Positions 12,351 to 24,300 of a stretch of 57,377 nucleotides of DNA are shown piece after piece; position 1 is the first letter of the stretch, and the number at the start of each line of letters is the position of its first letter. Origin of the DNA: Macrostomum lignano (Eukaryota); the NCBI GenBank assembly GCA_002269645.1, contig NIVC01004160.1, positions 1 to 57,377 on the forward strand, given 5' to 3'. The position numbers were made by a program, and so were the translations under genes. The notes beneath the pieces were generated by a model, which ran no database searches, was not told the origin of the DNA, and saw only the letters and a list, made by a program, of their open reading frames with translations.

Positions 12351-15300
12351 GATAACGGAACTCTGCTGATGTCGCACAATATCTCCAAGCGCAGCGTGCA
12401 AGGCGTGCTCGAGAAAATGTGGAAGGGAATCCATGTGAAGCTGGCGGCTCCAGGCGTCAACTGGCAAAAGATGATCGGCAGCACTAAAATCGGCGGCTCG
12501 TTCGGAATGACCGCCTTGAATGAGCTCATTGTGAAGCTGGGTACGCTGAGCCTTGCTGATTCTTATATACTGTATATAATAGCAACAATCAGATGCTACT
12601 TATTCCAAACACGCCCTTAAAAATACAGCCTTGATCGAGGGTCAGCTTACGGTAAACGTGCACGACGAGGTTTTCGCTAGAGGACATCTGGGCGTAATTG
12701 GCATTCACATTGACTTCTTTCTGGCCAGAGTCTGTTTTCGAGGCGGTGTTGAGTACAAGATCAGCATTCTGAAGGAGTTTGGAGTCAACAGCGTGCAGGA
12801 TTTGGTGAAGCTTTACGACCGGACGATTGGAGCGCTCTACAAAGGTGTCAAGGACGCAATTAACGGATTTCGAAAGCTCTTTGAACCTTCAAATCCCAAC
12901 CAGGTGTTTAGCATAACTAAAAACTTGCGCAAGGAGTTTCGAAGGCTGCCATACGTGGTGTCAGATCTCGCCAAGTCGATTGTGCAAGCGGTGGATATCC
13001 TGGCCGAGGTCGACCCGCTTGAGTTGCCGTCTCACGTGAGGCCGCTGTTCGCGGTACTGAAGAAGATGGCCACTCTGGCTAACGATATCAAAGCCGATGT
13101 TACAGGATTCTATTACGTGAGTTTATAGCACTTTGAGTGAAATCAGTTATTCGACTTTCAAATGTATAGTTTAAAGTGTGATAAGCTTCTGATCCGAAAT
13201 GCAATAATTAGACCCTACACGACGCGATCGAGAACCAAATCCCGATGTCTGCAAAGCAAACTAAGGAGGGTTTGGATCTGCTGGTGAAAATATTCCCAAG
13301 GATTTTCCGCTCCCCGAAGGAGGCCATCATGAACGCATTCAAGTCGTTCTTCCAAATCGGAATGGGGGTGAACGGGTTTCTCGACGCCAAAAATCGAACT
13401 CTTGAGGCGTGTTTCTTTTTGAAAGGTGAGCAATTTGTTCTGCCGTATCTATAGAAGTCGCACCTAAAACATGAAAAACATTTCTTAACGAATACTTCAC
13501 AATGCTTGTTTCAGAGGAGAAGCCCTACTGGTGGAACCTGACCGATCACTATCGCAACTTGAAGGCGGAATTCGCCGAGGCCCTGCGCCACATGGAGAGA
13601 GGCCGTCGGGCCGTCTTAGCGCTGGAGGGCTCGCAACAGAACGGCACGAGACCGTTTAGCGCAATGTCGGACTCAGTGAGACACCTGTTTTCTGTTTACC
13701 TGCCACTTTTCACGATCAAATTTCCGCTATAGAAGCCCTGGACCAGGCTTGTTATCTGCCTCGCTTATAGCTATTTCAGCGATCTGCGCCTGGTGCAGAA
13801 TTTGCTGCTTTTCCAAGAAAATCTGAATTCCTAATATAGAACAGAATTCTTATCAGTTGCGAAGTGGGGAAAGTAGAAGCTCCGGTTGGCATAGTCAAAA
13901 GTTTACAGCTAAAATGTCTACGACTATCTTATAGTTTAGTACCGAGCCTTGTAGCTCACAGAAAATTCATTCGCTAAATGCATTAGCAAAGAATGACTCT
14001 GAGAATTTCTGCTTGTCAAATGCAGTATATTTAAGTGCAACCTCAAGTTCGTTTTATTTTTCTACAAAAAAGCTCAAGCCTTTCGCTCCACTGCCTGTGA
14101 TGCTTCTGAGTCTTTAAAAACTAACTGACAGCGTGTTTTGATTGGGTTGTTGTTGCTGTTGGTAACTTTGTTTTCAAAGTAATTTACCGGTACGACCGAC
14201 AGTACCCACATCGTTCATTTGATCGTCTACATTTTCAGTAATGAATAAATTACTGAGGTCTATACATGTCAGTGACATTTGGTTTAAAAAACAAAATTTT
14301 TCATTCAGGAAACAATGAAGCTAGTGGGCCTCCTAAAGGATGTCCAGGACCTGTTGATGGAACCGTTGAGCGGCTTCCGTGGAGCCTTCGGCCCACTTGA
14401 AAACCAGATCCAAGGAATTCTGCAGATAATTCGCGGCTTCAAGGAGGCCTACCAAGGAGCCAAGGAGAGCTGGAAGAGGATCAGGAGCATAGCGGAAGCC
14501 ATCATGGGTCCGAGGGCGCACTCCGAGTTTCAAAGGACTTACCGGCTCGCCGGGAAAGGTTGCAAATCCGATGGCTTCTATCCATCAGACGCTGACAAAC
14601 TGTGGAATCATCCTGGCGTGGATTTGGCCGTGGAACCTGGCGAAAAGGTCGTTGTGCCGTTCAAAGGCGAGTACTACCGAGGTCCCGAGGGTTCTAACCA
14701 GCTCGTGATTGTTCCGAAAGGATTCAGCATGGAAAAGTTTCACTTCATCTTGGAGAACGTGAAGTTCGAGATGGATGACGGTCGATTTGAAGCCAGCGAC
14801 TTGCCAGTCTTCGATATGGAGCAAGGAAACAGCCAGCCAACTGAGGGCTTGGAGCTGAGCGCTGGGGACAAGCTCGGCGTGACTGGCTCGACACCCAAGT
14901 GCGAAAACCACATTCACCTATCCGCCAGGGCTGGCCCTGGTCGCTACCTGGATTCCAGCAAGTACCTTGAGCCTCGAGTGATGAAAATGCCAAAGTGGGA
15001 GCAGAAATGCGACGACTACAAGCTGGTGATACTTGGTAACGTGATCGCCGAAGGGGCGATCGTGGGATTAAAAGGCCGGAAGGATGAGGACACCAGCCCT
15101 GAAAGAGAAGCAACCGAGGAATCCGTGGAGCCGCTTGAAACTGACGAAGTCGATCTCTTTTCCAACGTGGAAGCTGACTCAGTTCGCCTGCCGCGCAGCT
15201 CCATTCTCGGCAACGTGGGCAAAGCGGTAACCAGCATTCTCGACTTTCCAAAAAAGCTGGGCGTCGACAAAATCTTTGATAGGTTCAGCTTGCGCCGCCT

Positions 15301-18300
15301 GAGACTCGCCTACGTCGTTGCCTTTCTAGAGGCTCCGGCGATTCAAAATCATTTTGAAAAGACCAGAGAGAAAATGGATAAACTACTGCTGACGATCAAG
15401 GATGTACTGGAAGATCAGCCGTGCCAGAGCCCCTACCTGATGTCTGAGGAAGAGCTGCGTAACGAGCTCGTTAAGAAAGGCTTTGGCAAATCGGAGGTGG
15501 AAGTCATGCCAAAGGCCAGTCTTATCGATAGGATGAAGCAGAGTGATTCCCGTGAGTAAAGCTTGCTCTAGAATTCAATATTTTAGGGAATGCAGACGGT
15601 AGCTCATACTTCATCTCATTTTAATAACATCACAGGCTGTCCGCTTCTGCAGCTGTCGCTGCCGAGACCAGTTTACTGTCAGTTCGACAAGAGCTGCCTC
15701 TCGGTGGAGTGCTGCATTGACCTCAAGGTGAAGGTGTTCCGCAAAGCGGCAAAACTCTGGGCCAGGCTGGACCCGTGCGGCAGCAGCAAGAAGCTGGAGT
15801 TCGGGCTCAAGATGAAGCACGTGAAGACCGTAGTGTACACAATCGATTTCAACAGATTTTTTCCTGAAGGTAACCTTGTTAGTTTCCCGATACATAAAAA
15901 TAACTAGCAGTACTCTATCAATGATTAGCTTTTCCTAAACAAAGATTTTCGCCAATCTTACTTCAGATTTCGAAGAGAAAGAAATCTGGCTGCCAGACGC
16001 TCTGCAGTTCCTTAAAGTGCTGAAAATGAAGCTGCGGCTGTCGTACCAGTTCGCCAAGTCGGAGGAAGCCCTAATGTTCAGCCTTCGCCTGTCCGCGTGC
16101 TCATCCAGCTCGAGCTGCGAGGTGGACATCCAGGTACTCCAGGAGCTCGTCCTGCCGCTGCCAATCTGCAAAGATGGCTTGGTCACCTGGCCGAAGATGA
16201 ACTGGCAGCAGATGCTGAACAAGAACCACCTGAAGTCCCTGCTTCAAAAGACTTCTACGTCGGTCATCAACGCCATGATGCAGAAGTGGTGGGAAGAGTT
16301 GCTGCAGACGATGGGTCTGGGGGACTTTGCCGACGTCTTCAATGCCAAGGCCTGCACCCTGCCGAACAAGGTCTCCAACGAGGTGCTGCTAGAGGGGCTG
16401 ACGGAGCGTGGGGTGCAGATTTCCGACCCTAGCAATAAAACGGTGCTGGTGCAACTGGCGGAACTGCACTTCCGCAAGTGTCGCAACGGGCCGCTGCAAC
16501 TGGAGTTGCCGCAACTTCCTGGTGCACTGAGAAGTCGCGTCTTTTGCCAGGTGTCCCCGAACTGCACCAAGTTCGAGTGCTGCATGGGACTGGAGGCTTC
16601 CATCAGAGGTTTTGAGATTGCAAAGTACTTGAAAGGTGAGTGCTAATTTTCAATAGTATTTCTGAAAGAATAGTCCCTTCTGACTAATTACCGACAAATA
16701 TTACAGGCTGGGCAAAAATGGACGCGTGTACTTTAACATTCAGCTTCGGTTTCAACTCGCTGACATTCAACAAGGTTCTGTTTGCGATTCCATACGGCAA
16801 GGAATTTCTACAAAATGTTGGAGCCCTGAAGCTTAAGTGAGTTAATATTCGAGCTTACATGTTCGTTTAGCTGGTTATTGAGTTCTTGCATCGACTCATA
16901 AACTATTGCGATGAACTCGCATTCCGAATCCCAGGTACCGATTTAACGAGAATCCAACCAGCAATGAGGCGCCGCTGTTCAGCCTGGAGCTGGCGATCTG
17001 CCCGGGTTCGTCTTCATGCCTACTGGACTACATCAGTGTGCTCAATCGCGTGCCCGTGCCGGTGCCTTTCTGCGGCAACGACTGGCACCGAATCCTGCCG
17101 GGCAACACCGACAAGCTCGAGGATTTTCTCCGCGAGCTCGGAACTTCGGCCAGCCAGGCGGCGCTGGATAAGGCGGCGGAGATCCTGCTCACCAGGACGG
17201 GACTGAACAGGATCATCTCCAAGGGCCGGTGCGCCAGACAGAGCAATTTCACCGCCTGTCCGCACGTGCGCCTGCCGCAGCTGCCGTCCAATTTGCAGTG
17301 CCGAGTTGCAGACAACTGCATGGGCCTCGAGTGCTGTCTGGACTTTGCCTTCAAAACTAGCAAACTCGATCTCAGCTTTCTCAACTACCACGCCAAGGCC
17401 TGGATTCTGCTGGACACGTGCGAGTACGCCAGCTCGATTGGCATTGGTGCGCTGCACTTCAACACATCCCTGTTGGAAGCTCATTGGGGCCAGAAAAAGT
17501 CCCAGTGGATTGGCAACAAGGCCGTTCGATTGGAGTGAGTCAAATTGAGATTTGATGTAAATAGTAATATTAATTGACTGCGCCTGCCCTAATGGGCAGA
17601 TGTGCAACCGACAGCTCAGCCGCAGCTATTGCGCGGCGCATCTAAAGGCTGCGTACAGCTGCTTTTGGTCCAAGAACTGGGGGTCGCCACACACACCCTC
17701 AATTACCACCTAATAAGGCTAAATTGGAATCTCAGCTCGGGTCTGATCCTGCAATTAACGCCCTTGAGAGCCAAACACCAAGGCACAGTGAAGTGTGCAT
17801 GCTTAGCGATAAATAAATTTAGGGCCGCTGTAAACTCCCGTGTGAGTGTGTGCCTGTGCGTTTGACTGCGTAGCTCGTACGTATCCGCACGCCCTGCTCA
17901 GGGGAGGGCAAGTAATGCCTTTCACCGGCTGCTTTTGGTCCAAGAACTGGGGGTCGCCACACACACCCTCAGTTACCACCTCAGGTAATACCGGTACCCA
18001 TTTTACAGCTGAGTGAACTGAATCAATGCAGAGTTGTCTTGCTCAAGGACACAAATTGTTCCAGTGGGATTCTTAATCGAACCCCTGACTTTTAATTCGT
18101 AAGTTCGACGCTCTAACCACCAGGCTACAACCCCTTAATGTGTTCTCCTTTAGTAACTAATTCAATTCGATGCTTTAATTGAACCAAGTTTCAGTTGGTT
18201 TGTTTATCATTTAATTCAGTATATCAAGTTTTACTTTGCTGAAAAGTAAAAATTGACATTGTCTTTTTCTCAGAGCGAAAATACGTCTGACCGTAATTTG

Positions 18301-21300
18301 TTTTTCAGCTACTCCGTGGATCGAGTTGGCAAGGACTACGTGAAGCTAGATTTCGACCTGTCCGTGTGCTTCGCTGAAGGAGATTGCGACTTCACAGTCA
18401 AGCTGCTGAAGGACACGGTGGTACCGCAGCCATTCTGCCATCGGAACTTCACCGGCGCTCTGCCAGGCGGCTCGCTTGGCGACTTCGCCAAACTGCTCGG
18501 CAACGAGGCCTCGGAGGCGGCGCTGCAGACAGCCTTTGAGGCGGTGGTGCGAAGGTTCGGCCTGCAGAAGGCCTTCTTTAATCCTCCAGAGTGCGCATTG
18601 CCGTCAAACACATTCAATAATGGCTGGGACAGTCGTGAGTCTTCGCTGTGAACTGACATTTACCTCATGACATAGTAAATCATTAAGCTTCTTTAATCAT
18701 GATTAATTACGCCTGCCCCAATGGGCAGATGTACAACTGACAGCTCAGTCGCAGTCATTGCGCGGCACATCTGAAGGCTGTGCACGGCTGTTCAGTCCAA
18801 TGACTGGGGGGTCACACACTCTTAATTACCCCAGCTAATGCTGGCACCCATTTTACAGCTGAGTGAACTGAAGCAATGCATAGTTAAGTGTCTTGCTCAA
18901 GGACACAGATTGTTCCAGTGGGATCGGAAATCGAACCCCCGAGTCGTGAGTCCGACACATTAACCACTATTACCAACAACGCATTATTCCACTGCTAACT
19001 TACACAGTAAGAAGTTAATTTACTTTTAGAAGTCACTACGCTCGTACAAGAGTCAGATGTCTATTGATGCTAAATTCTGTTCAGAATAAATTGAATGTCA
19101 TTTCCAGCTATGGAAAGTTCACTAGAAGCAGTTTATCCTCAAACTCGATTCCACAGGTTGCCCCAGGGTGTTCCACCTGCCACGCCTGCCCAGCCAGGTC
19201 CGCTGCCACCTGAACGAGTTCTGCATGGGCGTCACCTGCTGCGCCGAGCTGGACTTTAAAGTGTTTAAACCGACAGCGCTGATGTGGCTGATTCTGGATC
19301 CGTGCGAGTACCGGTTCTCCATTGGTTTCAATAACCTGCACTACAACCAGACTCTGTTCTATTATGAGTGGGGCCAAGTGGAGACTTTCAATATTGGCTC
19401 GCCTCTGCAGATTATGTAAGCTGTTGTATTTGAAAAGATAGTGCATGCAAGCTCCACAATCGGGTGACAAACGTTGACGCCTTTGGTGCTGCGATTTTGG
19501 TGCTGGCGCCTTTGGTGCTGGCGCCTTTGGTGCTGGCGCCTTTGGTGCTGGCGCCTTTGGTGCTGGCGCCTTTGGTGCTGGCGCCTTTGGTGCTGGCGCC
19601 TTTGGTGCTGGCGCCTTTGGTGCTGCGCCTTTGGTGCTGGCGCCTTTGGTGCTGGCGCCTTTGGTGCTGGCGCCTTTGGTGCTGGCGCCTTTGGTGCTGG
19701 CGCCTTTGGTGCTGGCGCCTTTGGTGCTGGCGCCTTTGGTGCTGGCGCCTTTGGTGCTGGCGCCTTTGGTGCTGGCGCCTTTGGTGCTGGCGCCTTTGGT
19801 GCTGGCGCCTTTGGTGCTGGCGCCTTTGGTGCTGGCGCCTTTGGTGCTGGCGCCTTTGGTGCTGGCGCCTTTGGTGCTGGCGCCTTTGGTGCTGGCGCCT
19901 TTGGTGCTGGCGCCTTTGGTGCTGGCGCCTTTGGTGCTGGCGCCTTTGGTGCTGGCGCCTTTGGTGCTGGCGCCTTTGGTGCTGGCGCCTTTGGTGCTGG
20001 CGCCTTTGGTGCTGGCGCCTTTGGTGCTGGCGCCTTTGGTGCTGGCGCCTTTGGTGCTGGCGCCTTTGGTGCTGGCGCCTTTGGTGCTGGCGCCTTTGGT
20101 GCTGGCGCCTTTGGTGCTGGCGCCTTTGGTGCTGGCGCCTTTGGTGCTGGCGCCTTTGGTGCTGGCGCCCCAAACTAAAAGCGCTAGCTAAGACCCTGAA
20201 AATCAGATGCTGTCTGAAGTGGATATCTGTGTTGCTATGCTATTCCAACCAAATCTGAAATCAAAGCTACTGAGATTATTAGATAATTAACGGAAATCGC
20301 GTCACGAATTTAAATAAGCTATTTCCTTCAGAAGTAAGTAACCCGGCCCATTAACCTTCAATTGCAGCTACTCAATTCGCAAGGACAGTGATCGGCGCTT
20401 GTTCCTCGTGGACCTGAAGCTCAGCCTCACCATCGACTCATTCCGCACCGACTTTGTGCTGCTTGAGAACTCCATGGTGCCGCAAGTGGGCTGCAACATG
20501 AACGCTTCTATCAGCTTGCCAGGAGGCGGCCAGGTGAAGGATTTTATCAGGCACCTAGCGGAGACAGGTGTGCAGAAGATCACGGACGAAGCCGTGCAGG
20601 CTGTGCTCAGACACCTGGGGATTGGAGACCTCATTGACTTTGAGTCGAAATGCGAGAATAGAACTGGATTTTTCAACCGTGAGAACATCACTACGAGCGT
20701 ACTGATTTTTTATACATGAACTCAATAAATTCATGTCAGTATAAAACCAAAATTCCAGACTGCCCGCTGTTCAAGACGTCGGCAAACGCGCCATCCAGAT
20801 TTGTCCCGGGCACTTACTGCGACCTCTCATCCGACTGCCGCATGCTGAGCTGCTGCGCGGAGCTCAACCTGCTCATCGCTCGGAAGGCCTTCGCCCTGGC
20901 CGTTTCTGTTGACCCGTGTGACTACAAGCTGCTGGTTCGCTTTGAGAAGATGACGCTGAGCAAGTCTTTGTTCCGATACGACTGGGGCCGTAGAGAGTCC
21001 TTCGACCTCGGCAAAGTCATTTTCGTCAGGTTGGATTTTTTCTTTGTCTCTTCAGAAGCACATTCGGAGCTGACATAAAAACTGATGTGTCTCTCTGCCC
21101 CGCAGTTTCAAGATCGATAGGGATCCGGTCAAGAAACTCTACTTCGTGGACCTTGAGCTGCAGGTTAAAATCGAGGGTGACACTTCGACACCCGTGGCCT
21201 TCCTCAACAACTTCGCCATCCCGATTCCGATCTGCAATCCCAATGCATCCATCAGCCTGCCAGGCGGCTCCATCGGAGACTTCGTCAAGGAGTTGGGCGG

Positions 21301-24300
21301 AAGCATCACGGAGAGCGCGATCGGAGCTGTGCTGCGGCACCTCCGGCTTGAAGGCATCATCGCCACGCATTCCAACTGCTCGCCGGAGAGCCCAAAGGGT
21401 ATTAGACTTTTTCAAATACTTTATTTTGCAGAACCACATGCTTAGACTGAAGTCTAGTTAGTGTAGATTTGTTTTAGGGTAAGAAAAGGCTTGGCCACTG
21501 CGCGGCCTTGAGCGCCAATATATATATTTAGAAATCGATATTTGCGTGGGGTGGAGTTGCGCCTGATAAAAAGGAAGCGTGCAAGCTAATTGGCTGCAGA
21601 GCGACCGGGGCAGGCATTGTACACTTGAGGGTCAGAGAGTTGGACGGGTGCACGGCCAACATCCTTCCCCAAGCGGATAAAAGTTAGGAGATAAGAGCAA
21701 ATGGGAAGCTAAGTAATATTTCGAAGTGGGAATCAGAGGGGAATGGATGTGAGTGAATAGTATGAAAATATACGGATTTGAGAACGAATATTCATTAGGG
21801 CATAAACACAAATATGAGCATGGATAAGAGTTTAGGCATTAGTTTCGATCAAATGAGCATTACCTTTGAAAATAGACACGAGCATTAGTTTCGAATATAA
21901 ATACGACATTAGTTTCGAATATAAATACGAGCATTGGTTTCGAATATAAATACGACATTAGTTTCGAATATAAATACGAGCATTGGTTTCGAATATAAAT
22001 ACGACATTCGTTTCGAATATAAATACGACATTCGTTTCGAATATAAATACGACATTCGTTTCGAATATAAATACGACATTAGTTTCGAATATAAATACGA
22101 GCATTAGTTTCGAATATTTGGCCTTTGAAGCAAAAGCTAAAAGCTATGTATGCTGCTGAAGATTAAAAAATAAAACGAGACCGGCAGGGACACCCCAGTC
22201 AGAGAGTTGGACGGGTGCACGGCCAACAGTTAGGTAATTTTAACTCTCAGAGTAAGCCAACTTGAAATAAGAAAAGATTAACTTTTACGATCGTACAGCA
22301 CCGCATAGGAACCTACCCCCCCCCCCCTACATATCAGATATTATCAATGCAAGTGTCGAATAGTTCATAAAAAACTGGCAGGGTGATAGCAAGCTCTTTG
22401 AATTACGTTCTCTACATTTTAATTCCACTGCCGTGCAAAAATTTCAGTTTGTCCCGGCCTTACGCTGCCCGACTTCATTCCGGACCCGCTGAAGTGCTAC
22501 CTCAACGAGCACTGCATGGGCATCGAGTGCTGCATGAGTTTGGATTTCAAAATCAAGCAGATCTCCGTCAAAGCCTGGGCCTATGTTGATCCATGCGACT
22601 ACAAATTCTCAATCGGTCTGGAAAACTGGAAGTTCGAGAGGGCGCTGTTCTCATTCGACTGGGGAGAGTGGAAAACTGAACGTCTGGGCAACCCGCTGGT
22701 GCTGCGGTAAGTCAGCAGCCGCCATCTGCTGGCGTGGGGGAATTTTTTAGCTAAATATGTTGTTAATTTCAGATACCGGATCGCAAAGGACAGCTCTAGG
22801 CGCGTGTTCACCTTTGACCTAACAATATCGCTGAAGGTGGAGGACATCAACCAAGAGTCCGTTGTGCTGCACGGCTACGAAATTCCGCAGCTGGTTTGCA
22901 ACAGGGAGGCTTCAATTGGCATTGCAGGTCCGAGCTTGCACTTATTCAACATTTATTCAAGTTATACTGTTCAATAGTGCCTGTCTATCAAATTGAAAAG
23001 CTTAGACTGCATAAGAAACCTTTATATAATTGCTATACATATTCACCCGATGAAAGGCATTTTGCTAACTGTGAAACACTCCTCCCTCCCGCCTTATTCT
23101 GCAAGGCATTGTGCTTCTGCCATAACCTTAACGCTATACTGATTTAAAGAACCATGCAATGAGAATAGGTGTATCAAAATGTAAGTGAAATATTTGCAGA
23201 CCTAATCAACCTGGGAAGCAGCATTGGCGGGAACATCAAGGACACAGCCATGGGCATCACTCTGCAGCGCATCGGGCTGGACAAGAAGTTCTTCCGGATG
23301 CAAAACTGCTCAGTCGAAGGCTCCGAGTGGCAGAGCTCTTCTCGGCAGCAATCAAGTGGGTAGCCATTTGTATGTTTTGTCCATTTAATGCTGCAATCAG
23401 TCAGATTTTAACGCTAATATTTTATGCATTCTCAGACTGTCCGCTGTTCAAACTATCGGACCATCTGAACGGCGATAAGAACTTGAAGTGCCGCATCAAA
23501 GACAACTGCCTGGAGGTTGAGTGCTGCCTCAGCCTGCAGCTGGGCAACTTCCGCTACAGCTACAACGCCTGGGCAAAGTTCGACCCCTGCCAGCTGTCTG
23601 TAGCGGTTGGAATTGAAAATTGGAACTGGACCCGGTCACTGTTCGACAAGTGGGGCCTCATGCACACGGAGACCATTGGCAAGGCCATCGATTTGAGGTG
23701 AGGCGAATAATCCCTCCCGCAAAATTTAGTTCGGAGAGGAAATCAACAGACTTTTTACACTATTTTACAGCTTCAAATTCGACCGCACGAATCGGAACGA
23801 GCTCGTCGTGAGCTTCGGGGTCGGCACCCAGCTGGACGGCCTATCGTTGTTGCCAACTGCGTGGCTGATTGAGTCCGCTCCGCTGCCCATTCCCTACTGC
23901 CGCTCCGATAACACGCTGTCTTGGCCAAAATGTGAGAGAATCAGATAATCTTCTTCAGTATCTTAAAGTGGGAAAAAACTACTAATCCCAGTTTGCTCTT
24001 TCTGTCCCACAGTCGATCCGCAAGACATGGCCAAGTCGATTTTCGATGCGGGCACTAAGATCATCCTGAACAGAGTGGGCATCACCGCCAACATCCTTCG
24101 CGGCACAGCGTGCTCCCCAGTCGATATGAACATCTGGCCTCCGAAGAGTGGTAAGGTTCCATTGCGGTTTGGTGCTTTTGTACCTGTGGTCAGCACTGAG
24201 CCTAAGACTTGGATCCCCAGGGGCTCACATCTCGTGCGCTTTACAAGTGGCAGACATAAATAAAGAACCTACTCACTTGCCCGACGCAACAGAACAGCTA

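Noticed and set aside
19412-20258. GAFGA / VLAPL / WRLWC / RRQHQ repeat ORFs, superficially silk- or elastin-like
   Set aside because: A stop-free 15-bp intronic repeat translates in all frames; there is no splice or start context linking it to a protein.
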